Of a stretch of 64,000 bases of DNA, positions 25,011 to 35,465 are shown in pieces. Below the pieces are notes generated by a model. That model saw nothing but the letters and a program-made list of their open reading frames with translations, was not told the DNA's origin and did not search any database. A program made the translations under genes and the position numbers. The DNA is from Devosia sp. GTDB lineage: Bacteria; Pseudomonadota; Alphaproteobacteria; Rhizobiales; Devosiaceae. The stretch's first letter is position 1. Every line of letters starts with the position of its first letter. Where the stretch lies: NCBI RefSeq assembly GCF_036563435.1, contig NZ_DATCMJ010000006.1, forward strand, positions 63,995-127,994, given 5' to 3'.

Positions 25011-25745
25011 ATGATTGAACAAGGCGAGACGCCGGTGAATCCAGAGCAAAAGGGGCGGGAGCCGATCTTCCTGTTGCCAGGCGCTGTCACCGCGATGATC
25101 GGCGTCCTGCTCGCGATTCATCTGGCATCAACCTATGCGCTTAATCAGGACGGCTATCTGCAGCTGATCTTCTGGCTCGCCTTCCAGCCGCTTCGCATCG
25201 TGGCGGCGCCCACTGATCCGTCCCTTGCCGTGCCGCTGCTGTGGACGCCGTTCACCCATGCTCTTCTGCATGGCGGCTGGGAGCATGTTCTGGTGAACAC
25301 CGCCTGGTTCGCGATCTTTGCGACCCCACTGGCGCGGCGCTATGGAGCGGGCCCGATGTTGATCATCTTCTTTGTGTCCGCCGCGGCCGGCGCAGCGCTC
25401 TTTGCAGCCACAACGCTGCTCTCGGGCTCGTACCTGATCGGCGCTTCGGGCGGTGTCGCGGGGCTGACCGGAGCGGCCGTGCGGTTCATCTTCCAGCCCG
25501 TCATCGTAGCGCAGCATCCCGAAACGGGCGAGCGCATGGTGCTCGGCCGGCGCCTCGCGAGCTTCGGCGACTTGTTGCGCGACAACCGGGCACGGTTCTT
25601 TATCCTGATCTGGGTGGTACTCAATGCTGCAGTGCCGTTGCTGCCGCTCGTCACCGGCATGGAAATGTCAGTGGCCTGGCAGGCGCATCTCGGCGGCTTC
25701 TTCGCCGGTATCCTGATGGTCGGGCTTTTCGAGCGCCGCCACTAA
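25011..25745 (+). CDS. Rhomboid-family intramembrane serine protease
   Basis: Contains FTHALLHGGWEHVLVNTAWF and the catalytic GASGGVAGL, plus AHLGGFFAGILM. I chose the start at ATG 25011; the ORF track begins at 24960. Confidence 0.85.
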   Translation: MIEQGETPVNPEQKGREPIFLLPGAVTAMIGVLLAIHLASTYALNQDGYLQLIFWLAFQPLRIVAAPTDPSLAVPLLWTPFTHALLHGGWEHVLVNTAWFAIFATPLARRYGAGPMLIIFFVSAAAGAALFAATTLLSGSYLIGASGGVAGLTGAAVRFIFQPVIVAQHPETGERMVLGRRLASFGDLLRDNRARFFILIWVVLNAAVPLLPLVTGMEMSVAWQAHLGGFFAGILMVGLFERRH

Positions 25746-26971
25746 GGCGCGCTCGGCACCTTGCTGCGGCTCAGCTCCGCCGTTCTCGTGAGGAGCCAGG
25801 CAAGGGCAACCAGAAAAAGCAGGCCACCGCCGAGGATCAAGCCGTCGAAGATAGGGTCGGGCTGCCGGGCAGACTTGACGGCTTGAAGGAACATGCTGAG
25901 GACGGTGCCGATGGAAAAGACGGCGAGCCCTTGGCGTCCCATGAGACGAAGGGGGGCCGCAATCGCGGAACTGGCTAGGCGCTGCATCACCGGTAGGTGA
26001 CCTAGGAAATAGAACAGCGCCAGCGCATGCAGCAGGCGCGGGAGCGCCAGAAAGGTCTTGTCGAACCAGGTGATGTAGAAGGGCAAACCCGCCTGTGACA
26101 GCGCAGAAAGGCCGCTCATCCCGAGCTTGCCCACGGGCGGAACCTTCATCCAGAGCAGGACCAGCAGCAGGAACAGGCCGCAGGCGGCAAACAGCACGCG
26201 ATGGTAGGGGATGAAGCGGCTGCCCGCTTTCATCGCCGCTCCGGACAGGAGACCTATCACGAAAAGGATTTGCCAGGCGAAGGGATCGAAGAACCAGCCG
26301 CCGGAATTGGGAAAGGCCGGCAGGTTGAGCCGGAACTGTCCGGCCACGGCCCAAAGAAGTATCGAGGCCGACAGCACGAGCCAGGGCTTTCGCAGACCCG
26401 CGAGCAGCACTAGCGGCGTGATCAGCAGCAGGGTCATATAGAGCGGCAGGATGTTGAGATAGCCCAACTGGTGACTGAGCAGCGGAATTCCAATGATGGT
26501 GCTTAGCGGCTTCTGGAACAGAGGGGCGACGTTGTTCTTTGTCAGAAGCTCCGGCAGATCGAACCAGAGGGCGCCCGCCGCAAAGATAGCCAGGCTCGCC
26601 ATAGTGATGGCGATGTGGACCAGGTAGAGCTGACGCGCGCGCGCCCAGACCTTGGCCGTGGCGGCCCAGAGGCTGCCGCTGCGGAAGCGGTTGGAATAGG
26701 CTAATCCGGCGGCCATGCCGGACATGAAGACGAAGGCTTCGGCCGCGTCGGAAAAGCCAAAATTGCGGTTGGTAAAGTTCTCGTAGACCGTGCCCGGCAC
26801 GTGGTTGACGAAGATCATCACCAGCGCAATGCCGCGAAACATGTCGAGGCGCGCGTCACGTCCGACCGGAGCACTAGTCTCCTTTGGTGCAGCGGACGGC
26901 AGGACAGCACGGATCAGGCTGGGGCCAAGCAGGCCCGCAGCGCGATGGGACGCCAGTTCAGGCAATGACAT
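25742..26971 (-). CDS. opgC: OpgC-family membrane protein (succinylation of osmoregulated periplasmic glucans)
   Basis: Contains RLDMFRGIALVMIFVNHVPG and about 10 TM segments. It lies directly downstream of opgH and overlaps it by 14 nt. Confidence 0.8.
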   Translation of the reverse strand: MSLPELASHRAAGLLGPSLIRAVLPSAAPKETSAPVGRDARLDMFRGIALVMIFVNHVPGTVYENFTNRNFGFSDAAEAFVFMSGMAAGLAYSNRFRSGSLWAATAKVWARARQLYLVHIAITMASLAIFAAGALWFDLPELLTKNNVAPLFQKPLSTIIGIPLLSHQLGYLNILPLYMTLLLITPLVLLAGLRKPWLVLSASILLWAVAGQFRLNLPAFPNSGGWFFDPFAWQILFVIGLLSGAAMKAGSRFIPYHRVLFAACGLFLLLVLLWMKVPPVGKLGMSGLSALSQAGLPFYITWFDKTFLALPRLLHALALFYFLGHLPVMQRLASSAIAAPLRLMGRQGLAVFSIGTVLSMFLQAVKSARQPDPIFDGLILGGGLLFLVALAWLLTRTAELSRSKVPSAP

Positions 26972-28721
26972 GTGTTGGCGTTCTCACAGACGCAGCATCG
27001 GCCTCGATCGATGAGCCCTGAATGGTCCAGGCCGTCATGATGGCGCGTTGTTCCTTGATTACGGAACTCGGTGCAAGCTCTGAATCCGTGGCGAAGAGTT
27101 TGGGCGTAGCAGTGCCGCGCTTGGGGCGTGAGGTCCAGGAGATCAAGACCGGCGCAAGGAGGGCAGGCAGCATGGCTGGAGCCACCCAAATTGCGCTGCC
27201 GGAGGCAAGCAGCACGGCCCCTGCAAGCGTTGCTGCTGCAATGGCCACGATCCACCAGCTCGCGCGCCAGGCATCGGCGAGGCTGATCCAGTTCTGGCCG
27301 CGGCGTGTCGCGGGCCACCCGCCATCGATGCCGAGCAGCACCTGGATGACAGCGCGGCTCTGAAGAAATAGCAGGGTGGGCGCGAGGAGGGTCGAGAGCA
27401 CGATTTCGCCAACCACCGATCCGCCAGCGGCAAGCGTTCCGCCAAAGGAGCGGTTGCGTCCGTCCAGGATGCTGCGCAACCATATGGCTAACTTGGGCAG
27501 GAGCAAGATGGCGGCGACGGCGATAGGCAGGGTCCAGGCGCTGATGTCGGTCTTGCTGAAGCCACGGACAACAGACGGTTGTTCCGGTACTAACGCTACC
27601 ATGCTGGCGACCAGAAGCAGGAGCCAGAGTGGGGAAGCCAGATAGGCCATGATGCCCTGCAGGAAGATGAAGCGGCTCCAGAACTTGAGACCGGGCGCAC
27701 CGACGAGGCGGGCGTGCTGCAGGTTGCCCTGGCACCAGCGGCGATCGCGCTTGGCATATTCAATGAGGTTGTCGGGGCCTTCCTCGAAGGAGCCGGGCAG
27801 GGCCGGGTCCATCTGCACCTTCCACCCGGCGCGCGACAGCAGTGCTGCTTCGACATAGTCGTGGCTAAGGATGTGGCCGCCGAAAGGGGGTTTGCCGGAC
27901 AGTTCAGGCAGGCCGCAGCTGGCAGCAAATGCACGTACCCGAACAATGGCGTTGTGACCCCAATAGGGACCCTCATTGCCCTGCATCATCGCGGCGCCGC
28001 GCGCAAAGGTGGGCGACAAGTAAGCGGCGGCAAACTGAAGCGACCGGCCGAACAGGGTGCGCGCGTTGATCACGTGCGGCACGGTCTGGAACAGGCCGAG
28101 CTGAGGATCGGCATCCATCCGCCGTGCCATTTCGCCAATGGTCGCCCCTTCCATGAGGCTATCAGCGTCAAGGATCAGGGCGTAGTCGTAGGCACCGCCT
28201 GAGCGAGCGACGAAATCTTCGATATTGCCAGCCTTGCGGCCGACATTGCGCTCGCGCCGGCGATAGAAGATGCGGCCGGCGCCCATGGGTTCGTCGATCA
28301 GCCGATTGAACCAAACGACCTCAAGCGCGGCTGTTTCCATCACTTGCGTGTCGGAAAGGATGACGAAATGGAAGCGCTCAGCGATGCCCAAGGCAACGAG
28401 GCTGCGGTTCATGGCAGCGATACGCGAGAAGGTGGCGACCGGGTCCTCGTTGTAAACGGGCACCAAAATGGCGGTCATGCCCTTGGGCGCCTGCGTCGGC
28501 TCGCCCTGGATGAGCCTTGAGGGCGTAAGCACGCCCAGGATGGCTGCAGCACTGCCCCAGATCAGCCAGAAACCGGTAAGCACGACGAGGGCCGTACGCA
28601 ACAGATCGATTGCTGTCACGCCGCCCTGGCCGGTGAGGCGCAGGAAAACGTAGGCGCCGGTAATCGTCAGCGCGGCAGCAAGCGATAATGCCAATAGGCG
28701 AAGAGCGGTAGAACGACGCAT
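26958..28721 (-). CDS. opgH: Glucans biosynthesis glucosyltransferase H
   Basis: The GT2 core reads AILVPVYNEDP...FHFVILSDT...RRRERNVGRKAGNIEDF...ILDADSLM...GHNAIVR...ILSHDYVEAALL...DRRWCQGNLQH, flanked by TM segments. Confidence 0.93.
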   Translation of the reverse strand: MRRSTALRLLALSLAAALTITGAYVFLRLTGQGGVTAIDLLRTALVVLTGFWLIWGSAAAILGVLTPSRLIQGEPTQAPKGMTAILVPVYNEDPVATFSRIAAMNRSLVALGIAERFHFVILSDTQVMETAALEVVWFNRLIDEPMGAGRIFYRRRERNVGRKAGNIEDFVARSGGAYDYALILDADSLMEGATIGEMARRMDADPQLGLFQTVPHVINARTLFGRSLQFAAAYLSPTFARGAAMMQGNEGPYWGHNAIVRVRAFAASCGLPELSGKPPFGGHILSHDYVEAALLSRAGWKVQMDPALPGSFEEGPDNLIEYAKRDRRWCQGNLQHARLVGAPGLKFWSRFIFLQGIMAYLASPLWLLLLVASMVALVPEQPSVVRGFSKTDISAWTLPIAVAAILLLPKLAIWLRSILDGRNRSFGGTLAAGGSVVGEIVLSTLLAPTLLFLQSRAVIQVLLGIDGGWPATRRGQNWISLADAWRASWWIVAIAAATLAGAVLLASGSAIWVAPAMLPALLAPVLISWTSRPKRGTATPKLFATDSELAPSSVIKEQRAIMTAWTIQGSSIEADAASVRTPTHVIA

Positions 28722-28737
28722 GAGGCTCCTGGTCGAC

Positions 28738-28848
28738 CTATCGACCGGTAATCGCCGATAGAGTCAGCCGGATCACGTCGAAGAAGCTCCGCCGTTCGAG
28801 CATCTGCTTGGGCATGTCGAGCGGGGCGTCAGGCAGAGACCTGGCCAT
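28738..28848 (-). CDS. Candidate 36-aa small ORF between opgG and opgH (opgI-like position)
   Basis: Found by hand; it is below the ORF-track cutoff. ATG at 28848 is preceded by GGAGAATTCCCC. It reads MARSLPDAPLDMPKQMLERRSFFDVIRLTLSAITGR and stops at TAG 28740-28738. It fills most of the 147-nt opgG-opgH gap. Confidence 0.35.
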   Translation of the reverse strand: MARSLPDAPLDMPKQMLERRSFFDVIRLTLSAITGR

Positions 28849-28868
28849 GGGGAATTCTCCGCTATGCT

Positions 28869-30470
28869 TCATGCTTCGGGCCTCCACTGATAGAGCCAAG
28901 TTTCGGTAAGTTTGCGCCCCAGGCCAACGACATAGGCCTTGAGCTCGAGCGGCACCGTTCCGTCGGTTTCCACATCGAGCACCAGGCGCCAGACACCATT
29001 AGCTTCGACACGAGAAAGCACGGAACTCACAATGGTTCCCGCGCTGGTTGTCGCAAGGACGTCGAGTTCATCTTCCTCGGTCATACCCGCGAGATCCCCA
29101 CCTTCGAAGTCGATGACGAACTTACGGAACGAGGCCTTGGATTCGACACCCGAAACGCCGCCAACGCCGCTGCGCGTTTCAGCTACATAGGCGAGCGACG
29201 CGTCGGCGCCGGGGTTCAGATCACCCCAAACCATGCGGTAGCTGAACTCGCGCGAGCTGCCGGCAGTTACCTGCTCCGCAGGCACCCAGAACGCCCCGAT
29301 ATTGTCGTCGGCCTCGAGCTTGGCCGGGATCTCGATCAGGCGCACCATGCCCTGGCCCCAATCGCCGATAGGCTCGATGCGCAGCGAGGGGCGACGCTCG
29401 TAGTGTGCTCCGGCGTCCTGATAGGTCTCGAAGTCGCGCCCGCGCTGGTAGAGGCCAAAGGCGCGCGGATTGTGCTCGGCGAAGTACGAATTGCCCAGCG
29501 TGCTCGAGTTGTTGAGCGCGCGCCACAGCACCTCGCCCGTTTCCATCTCGATGAGCAGCCCGTTGCTGTCATGGACTTGTGGCCTGTAATCGTCGAACCC
29601 GGCGCGGTTAGCTTCGGCATAAAGGAACATGGAGGTCAGCGGGGCAACGCCGAGCTCCTTGACGTCAGCCCGGAAAAACAGCCGGGCCGTCACTTCCATG
29701 ATGGTTTCCTGCCGCGTGTCGCGCGCCGGCGTAATCAGAAAGCGATAGGCGCCCGTGACGCTCTGGCTTTCAAGCGCGGCGTAAACGGTGAGCGGGCCAC
29801 CGGACACAGGCTTTTCAGCATAGAATTCGGAGAAGCGGGGAAATTCCTCAGGCACATCGAGCCATGAGTTCATCAGCAGGCCACGGGCACTCAGGCCATA
29901 GACATTGTTACGGCCCAAGGCGCGAAAGTAACTGGCGCCGAGGAAGGAGACGACTTCATCGTAGGTGCCGGGGCGGTTCATCGGGTAGTTCACCCGAAAG
30001 CCGGCAACGCCCGGGAACTCCGCAGCCGAGGCGGCCTCGCTGACGGCTTCATCGTGGTAGTCGAAATCAGCCGCGCTGAAGCCGATAGAGTGGGCTTTGC
30101 CGTCCACGATCTCATAGACATAGACGGGCTCAGGGAACAGCCAGCCCATGTGGAAGGCCTGCAGGCGGTAGCCCAAATCCTCTGCCGCCCACTTACTGGC
30201 TTCGGTGCGGTACTGGATGCGGCGATAGGCGTCGTAATCGAGGCCCTTGAAGGCCTCTGGCAGCACGTCTGGTGCCGGCTTGAAAGGTTCAGCCGCCAAG
30301 GTCTGCATTCTCTGGCTGAAGCTGTCGAAATCGAAGGCAAATTCCTTCGCCGTTTCGATTTGTGCGAGAGCCGGTGTGGAGAGCGACGTCGTGGCCAGAA
30401 GAGAGATTGCTGCCAGTCCCTTAAGGAACTGACGACGCGTGTGCGGAGTTGGAATGTGACGCTTCAACAC
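28869..30470 (-). CDS. opgG: Periplasmic glucan biosynthesis protein, OpgG/OpgD family (Tat-type signal)
   Basis: The twin-arginine leader is HTRRQFLKGLAAISLLATTSLSTPALA. The MdoG-family body includes FRVNYPMNRPGTYDEVVSFLGASYFRALG and IGAFWVP. Confidence 0.9.
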   Translation of the reverse strand: MLKRHIPTPHTRRQFLKGLAAISLLATTSLSTPALAQIETAKEFAFDFDSFSQRMQTLAAEPFKPAPDVLPEAFKGLDYDAYRRIQYRTEASKWAAEDLGYRLQAFHMGWLFPEPVYVYEIVDGKAHSIGFSAADFDYHDEAVSEAASAAEFPGVAGFRVNYPMNRPGTYDEVVSFLGASYFRALGRNNVYGLSARGLLMNSWLDVPEEFPRFSEFYAEKPVSGGPLTVYAALESQSVTGAYRFLITPARDTRQETIMEVTARLFFRADVKELGVAPLTSMFLYAEANRAGFDDYRPQVHDSNGLLIEMETGEVLWRALNNSSTLGNSYFAEHNPRAFGLYQRGRDFETYQDAGAHYERRPSLRIEPIGDWGQGMVRLIEIPAKLEADDNIGAFWVPAEQVTAGSSREFSYRMVWGDLNPGADASLAYVAETRSGVGGVSGVESKASFRKFVIDFEGGDLAGMTEEDELDVLATTSAGTIVSSVLSRVEANGVWRLVLDVETDGTVPLELKAYVVGLGRKLTETWLYQWRPEA

Positions 30471-30700
30471 AATGCCCTATGGGTCTCGTTTGGCCGACTT
30501 CTTCGGCAAAGCGCGAACGCCGCCTAGAGCAAAAAGTTGTTGCATAGCGGGCATTCGCAAGGAACATAGCTCCTGGCCCGTTTGAACGCGGCGGCGCTAC
30601 GTGATTGGCGTCAAAAAGTCCGACGATTCCCGCCATTTTAAGGCACAAGCTGCCTTAATCTCACAAAGCCGTGAATCCGTGCGCAATTGCCGCACGCGTT

Positions 30701-31153
30701 TCAGTGCCCGTAGACCTCATTTGGGTCGAATAGCCGGGGCTGAAGGGTGTCAGTCAATACAGCCTGCCCCTCCACGAGCTGGACGGTGCGGTAAAAGCAA
30801 CTCTTGCGCCCGGTGTGACAGGCCGCGCCCCTGCCGGTTTGCTTCACCACCAGCACCAGCGCGTCCTGGTCGCAATCGGTGCGAAGTTCGACAACCTGCT
30901 GCAATTCACCCGACGTCTCGCCCTTTTTCCAGAGCTTGCCGCGGGAGCGTGACCAATAGTGTGCGATGCCCGTCTCCAGCGTAAGCGACAGGGCTTCGGC
31001 ATTCATGTGAGCGAGCATCAGCACATCATTGCTGCCATGCTCGACAGTCACTACCGTGATGAGGCCGCTCGGGTCAAAACGCGGTGAAAAGGCCGAGCCT
31101 TCCTCCAGCTGTTCATGCGACAGCCCAGCAGGGTCAGCAAAAACAATTGTCAT
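30701..31153 (-). CDS. hisI: Phosphoribosyl-AMP cyclohydrolase
   Basis: Reads [77 protein letters not shown]. Confidence 0.93.
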   Translation of the reverse strand: MTIVFADPAGLSHEQLEEGSAFSPRFDPSGLITVVTVEHGSNDVLMLAHMNAEALSLTLETGIAHYWSRSRGKLWKKGETSGELQQVVELRTDCDQDALVLVVKQTGRGAACHTGRKSCFYRTVQLVEGQAVLTDTLQPRLFDPNEVYGH

Positions 31154-31169
31154 GTCAGCTCCAGCGGCT

Positions 31170-31790
31170 CTAACGCCGGATCATGGCGTAGAAGCGATCC
31201 TGCTCAACGCGGTCCTCGGCAAAAGTGCCTGTAAACCGGTGCGTCACGGTGGCGGCTCCATGGGCGCGAACACCGCGCATCGACATACACATGTGTTCAG
31301 CCTCGAGCATCACGGCCGCGCCGCGGGGATGCAGATGCTCGTTTATGGCGTCAATGATCTGCGCGGTGAGATTTTCCTGGGTCTGCAGGCGCCGGGCGAA
31401 GACATCCACAAGGCGAGCAAGCTTGGAGAGGCCTACCACGCCTTCCTGAGGCAGGTAGGCGATGTGTGCCTTGCCGACGAAGGGTACCATGTGATGTTCG
31501 CAATGGGAGCTGAAGGGAATGTCCTTGACCAGAACGATATCGTCGTAGCCGCCGACTTCCTTGAAGGTCTTGGCGAGTATGGCGCCGGCGTCTTCGTCAT
31601 AGCCGCCAAAAAACTCGCCATAGGCCCGCACCACGCGTGCCGGCGTTTCCAGCAGACCCTCGCGGTTAGGGTCATCACCGGCCCAGGCAAGAAGCGTGCG
31701 CACGGCAGCCTCCGCTTCCTCGCGCGTCGGGCGCGAGGGGAGGGCAGTGGAAGTGCGAAGGGCGCCGATCGGCTTGGTCATCGCGTCCAT
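31170..31790 (-). CDS. folE: GTP cyclohydrolase I
   Basis: Contains [15 protein letters not shown], the signature [20 protein letters not shown], then [12 protein letters not shown] and CMSMRGV. Confidence 0.95.
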   Translation of the reverse strand: MDAMTKPIGALRTSTALPSRPTREEAEAAVRTLLAWAGDDPNREGLLETPARVVRAYGEFFGGYDEDAGAILAKTFKEVGGYDDIVLVKDIPFSSHCEHHMVPFVGKAHIAYLPQEGVVGLSKLARLVDVFARRLQTQENLTAQIIDAINEHLHPRGAAVMLEAEHMCMSMRGVRAHGAATVTHRFTGTFAEDRVEQDRFYAMIRR

Positions 31791-31932
31791 GTTGGTCGGC
31801 TCCTAAACGCTTGGCCATTCCGCGAGACCAGAGCGAAAAAGGCAGGTGCGGCAGTCGAGCCTGACACTCTGCGTATCAGCCTCTATATAAGAGGGGCGCC
31901 GAGCGCTCACAAGAAACAGAATTGTCCGGTTA

Positions 31933-32385
31933 ATGGAACTTAGCGATCTCTATTCCCAGAAAATCCTGGACCTCGCCGGGAATGCGCCTAACCCGGGGCG
32001 GTTGACGCGCCCGCATGTCAGTGCCCGCAAAGTCAGTCGGGTTTGCGGCTCGATGATCGAAGTCGATGTTGCGGTTGAGAACGAGATCATCGTTGCCTAT
32101 GGCCATGACATCTCCGCCTGTGCGCTGGGGCAGACATCGGCTGCGGTGGTGTCCAGGGAAATCGTTGGAACGCCAGTCAGCGAATTCAGGCAGTTGCAGG
32201 CGCAGATGCTGGCCATGCTCAGGCAGGATGGTCCTCCACCTGAGGGGCGTTGGAGCGATCTTCGCTATCTCCAGCCGGTGCGCGACTTCAAGGCACGGCA
32301 CCTTTCGACCATGCTGGTTTTCGATGCGGTGGTGGAGGCATTAGAGAAAGCTAAGTCCGCAGAATCGGTTACGGCACGAATTTGA
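31933..32385 (+). CDS. NifU/IscU N-terminal-like iron-sulfur cluster scaffold-domain protein
   Basis: Reads MELSDLYSQKILDLAGNAPNPGRL...SRVCGSMIEVDVAVENEIIVAYGHDISACALGQTSAAVV. Confidence 0.75.
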   Translation: MELSDLYSQKILDLAGNAPNPGRLTRPHVSARKVSRVCGSMIEVDVAVENEIIVAYGHDISACALGQTSAAVVSREIVGTPVSEFRQLQAQMLAMLRQDGPPPEGRWSDLRYLQPVRDFKARHLSTMLVFDAVVEALEKAKSAESVTARI

Positions 32386-32696
32386 TGGAGCGGTTCAGCA
32401 GCTATCTCTGGCGGGCAGTGGACCTGCCGTTCAAGGTCGCGGCGGTATTCCTGATCACCATCTACCGCTACACGCTCTCGGCCTTTGCAGGGCGGACCTG
32501 CCGCCACTTGCCGACTTGCTCGGAATATACCAGCACGGCCATATGGCGTTTCGGGTTCTGGCCCGGTGGCTGGATGGGTCTTGCCCGCTTCGTGCGATGC
32601 CGCCCCGGCGGGACGCATGGCTATGATCCGGTGCCGGAAGGTGTGCCTGCAGGTGCCAAGTGGTATGCGCCCTGGAACTATGGGCGCTGGCATTAG
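32382..32696 (+). CDS. yidD: Membrane protein insertion efficiency factor YidD
   Basis: Reads IYRYTLSAFAGRTCRHLPTCSEYTSTAIWRFGFWPGGWMGLARFVRCRPGGTHGYDPVP. Its ATG overlaps the upstream stop (ATGA). Confidence 0.9.
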   Translation: MMERFSSYLWRAVDLPFKVAAVFLITIYRYTLSAFAGRTCRHLPTCSEYTSTAIWRFGFWPGGWMGLARFVRCRPGGTHGYDPVPEGVPAGAKWYAPWNYGRWH

Positions 32697-32777
32697 GCTG
32701 GCATTAGAAGCAAAGCGTGATAGACAGGCGCTCTTGCAGCGATTTCGCTGCCATTGTCCAATTCTGGAGACCCTAAA

Positions 32778-34760
32778 ATGACGATCAAGGTGACGTTCCC
32801 CGACGGTGCAGCTCGCGACTATGCGCGTGGCACCACTGGGACCACCGTTGTCGAGGGCATCTCCAAGTCGCTGGCCAAGAAGACGGTGGCGATGCGCTGG
32901 AACGGCGTGCTCAGCGATCTCAGCGATCCGCTGGAGCAGGACGGCCGCATCGAATTCGTCACGCGCGACAGCGGATCCAAGGACGTGCTGGAACTGATCC
33001 GACACGATGCCGCACACGTGCTGGCGGAGGCGGTGCAGGAGCTGTGGCCCGATACGCAGGTGACGATCGGTCCGGTGATCGAGAACGGCTTCTATTACGA
33101 CTTCAAGCGTGACGAGCCGTTTTCGGAAGAAGACTTCCCGGCTATCGAAAAGAAGATGGCCGAGATCATCGACCGCGGTGCCGCCTTCACCAAGGAGATC
33201 TGGACGCGCGATCAGGCGAAAGCCTTCTTCAATGCGCGTGGCGAAAACTTCAAGGTGGAGCTGGTGGATGCCATTCCGGCCGACCAGTCGCTCAAGATGT
33301 ACAAGCAGGGGCAGTGGATCGACCTCTGCCGCGGGCCGCATATGCGCACCGTCAAGGATGTCGGCATGGCGTTCAAGCTGACCAAAGTGGCGGGCGCCTA
33401 TTGGCGGGGCGACAGCAACAATCCGGTGCTGTCGCGCATCTACGGCACGGCTTTCGCAAGCAAGGAAGAGCTCGAAGCCTATCTCCACATGATGGAAGAG
33501 GCCGAAAAGCGCGATCACCGCAAGATCGGGCAGGAAATGGACCTCTACCACTTCCAGCCCGAGGCGCAGGGATCGGTGTTCTGGCATCCGCGCGGCTATG
33601 TTCTTTACAACCAGATGGAAGCCTATATCCGCCGCCGCCTAAACTCTTCCGGCTATGTCGAGGTGAAGACCCCCCAGCTGATGAGCTCCAAGTTCTGGGA
33701 GCAGTCGGGGCACTGGGGCAAGTATCGCGAGAACATGTTCGTGGTGCCCGACGAGGTGCCCGGCACGGAAGAGGAAGGTCCGGTCCTGTCGGGCAAGGGC
33801 GACCTGATGGCGCTCAAGCCGATGAACTGTCCGGCACACGTGCAGATCTTCAACCAGGGCATCAAGTCATACCGCGACCTGCCGCTGCGCATGGCAGAAT
33901 TCGGCTGCTGCCACCGCAACGAGGCGCATGGTGCGCTGCATGGGCTGATGCGCGTGCGCCAGATGACGCAGGACGACGCCCATATCTTCTGCCGCGAGGA
34001 CCAGATCCAGAGCGAAACCGAGCATTTCGTGCATCTGCTCTATTCGGTCTATGGCCATATGGGTTTTGACAACGTGGTCATCAAACTGGCGACGCGGCCG
34101 GAGAAGTTCGGCGGTACCATCGAGCGCTGGGATGCGGCCGAGAAGGCGCTGGGTGATGCGCTCCGAGCAACGGGTTATGACTTCGAGATTGCCGAGGGCG
34201 AGGGAGCGTTCTATGCACCCAAGCTCGAATTTCACCTTAGGGACGCGATCGGACGCTCCTGGCAGGTCGGAACGCTGCAGCTCGACTATGTCTTACCCGA
34301 GCGGCTCGACGCCACCTATGTGGCCGAGGACGGATCACGCAAATATGCGGTGATGCTCCATCGCGCGATCCTGGGATCGCTCGAGCGTTTCATCGGCATG
34401 CTGATCGAGAACTATGCCGGCAAGATGCCGATGTGGCTGGCCCCGACGCAGGTGGTGGTGGCGACCATTGTCTCGGAAGCGGACGAGTATGCGCAGAAGC
34501 TGGTCAACCAGCTGCGCGCCGGCGGCATTCGCGCCGAACTCGATACGCGCAACGAGAAGATCAACTACAAGGTGCGCGAGCATTCGGTCGGCAAGGTGCC
34601 GCTGATGTTCGTGGTGGGCAAGCGCGAGGCCGAGGAGGGCACCGTCTCGGTTCGTCGCCTTGGCACCGAAGGGCAGAAGGTGGAGCCGTTCATGGATGCG
34701 CTGGTCGCGCTGATGGCGGAAGCAACACCGCCCGACCTCAAGGCCGCGCAGGCTGCCTGA
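32778..34760 (+). CDS. thrS: Threonine--tRNA ligase
   Basis: The TGS domain starts at [15 protein letters not shown]. Also present are the editing domain [11 protein letters not shown], class II motifs (FRNE-like [28 protein letters not shown]), and the anticodon-binding tail. Confidence 0.96.
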   Translation: MTIKVTFPDGAARDYARGTTGTTVVEGISKSLAKKTVAMRWNGVLSDLSDPLEQDGRIEFVTRDSGSKDVLELIRHDAAHVLAEAVQELWPDTQVTIGPVIENGFYYDFKRDEPFSEEDFPAIEKKMAEIIDRGAAFTKEIWTRDQAKAFFNARGENFKVELVDAIPADQSLKMYKQGQWIDLCRGPHMRTVKDVGMAFKLTKVAGAYWRGDSNNPVLSRIYGTAFASKEELEAYLHMMEEAEKRDHRKIGQEMDLYHFQPEAQGSVFWHPRGYVLYNQMEAYIRRRLNSSGYVEVKTPQLMSSKFWEQSGHWGKYRENMFVVPDEVPGTEEEGPVLSGKGDLMALKPMNCPAHVQIFNQGIKSYRDLPLRMAEFGCCHRNEAHGALHGLMRVRQMTQDDAHIFCREDQIQSETEHFVHLLYSVYGHMGFDNVVIKLATRPEKFGGTIERWDAAEKALGDALRATGYDFEIAEGEGAFYAPKLEFHLRDAIGRSWQVGTLQLDYVLPERLDATYVAEDGSRKYAVMLHRAILGSLERFIGMLIENYAGKMPMWLAPTQVVVATIVSEADEYAQKLVNQLRAGGIRAELDTRNEKINYKVREHSVGKVPLMFVVGKREAEEGTVSVRRLGTEGQKVEPFMDALVALMAEATPPDLKAAQAA

Positions 34761-34990
34761 TGCCGCAGCGTCCGTCCAATCGCGAGATCAAGGCCCTGAC
34801 GCATCTCGGTGAAGAGAATGCGTTGGGGCCGGGCGACTTCAAGGACATCGGCGAGAAGGTCTTTGCCGGCATGCTCAAGAAGGGCTGGGTAGTCGAGGCC
34901 GAAGGCATGCCGGGAAAATACCGGGCGACCATCAAGGGCCTGACCATCCACGAGGGTGAGATCATCTTCGCGGGCCGCCTGCGCCGATAG
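34760..34990 (+). CDS. Hypothetical 76-aa protein, translationally coupled to thrS
   Basis: Its ATG at 34760 overlaps the thrS TGA (TGATG). It reads [77 protein letters not shown] recognise no family. Confidence 0.5.
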   Translation: MPQRPSNREIKALTHLGEENALGPGDFKDIGEKVFAGMLKKGWVVEAEGMPGKYRATIKGLTIHEGEIIFAGRLRR

Positions 34991-35003
34991 TGGAGGAGCG
35001 GGG

Positions 35004-35432
35004 ATGGCTGACCCCATTGTTATCACCCGCTCCGTCTCCATCGACCCATCCGAGATCGAGGAGAGCTTCGTCCGGGCCTCCGGTCCGGGTGGACAGAATG
35101 TCAACAAGGTGTCGAGCGCGGTGCAGTTGCGCTTCGATCTCGCCAACTCGCCGAGCGTCCCCGAGGCGATGAAGCGGCGGGTTTCGTCCTTGGCCGGCAA
35201 GCGACTAACCAAGGACGGCGTCATCGTCATCACGGCGAACACGCATCGCGATCAACCCATGAACAGGGCGGATGCTCTGGAGCGGCTCGTGGGGCTGCTG
35301 GTGGCCGGAGCGCAGGTGCCCAAGGCACGCGTGGCCACGCGGCCAACGCTCGCAAGCAAGCAGCGGCGGCTGGAGGGAAAATCCATCCGCTCGCAAGTCA
35401 AGAAGCTCCGGGGCAGCCCGCTCGACGGGTGA
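35004..35432 (+). CDS. arfB: Alternative ribosome-rescue factor ArfB (peptidyl-tRNA hydrolase, GGQ motif)
   Basis: MADPIVITRSVSIDPSEIEESFVRASGPGGQNVNKVSSAVQLRF is followed by a basic C-terminal tail (KQRRLEGKSIRSQVKKLR). GGAGGA lies upstream of the ATG at 35004. Confidence 0.9.
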   Translation: MADPIVITRSVSIDPSEIEESFVRASGPGGQNVNKVSSAVQLRFDLANSPSVPEAMKRRVSSLAGKRLTKDGVIVITANTHRDQPMNRADALERLVGLLVAGAQVPKARVATRPTLASKQRRLEGKSIRSQVKKLRGSPLDG

Positions 35433-35465
35433 CGCTACCGAAGCAAACAAGAAGCGGAGACGGAG

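Noticed and set aside
26914-27735. 273-aa minus-strand ORF and other out-of-frame ORFs within opgH
   Set aside because: They are in a different frame of the same strand as opgH, whose GT2 motifs define the true frame.
32265-33587. 440-aa minus-strand ORF
   Set aside because: It is antisense to the NifU-like gene, yidD and thrS, and has no motifs.
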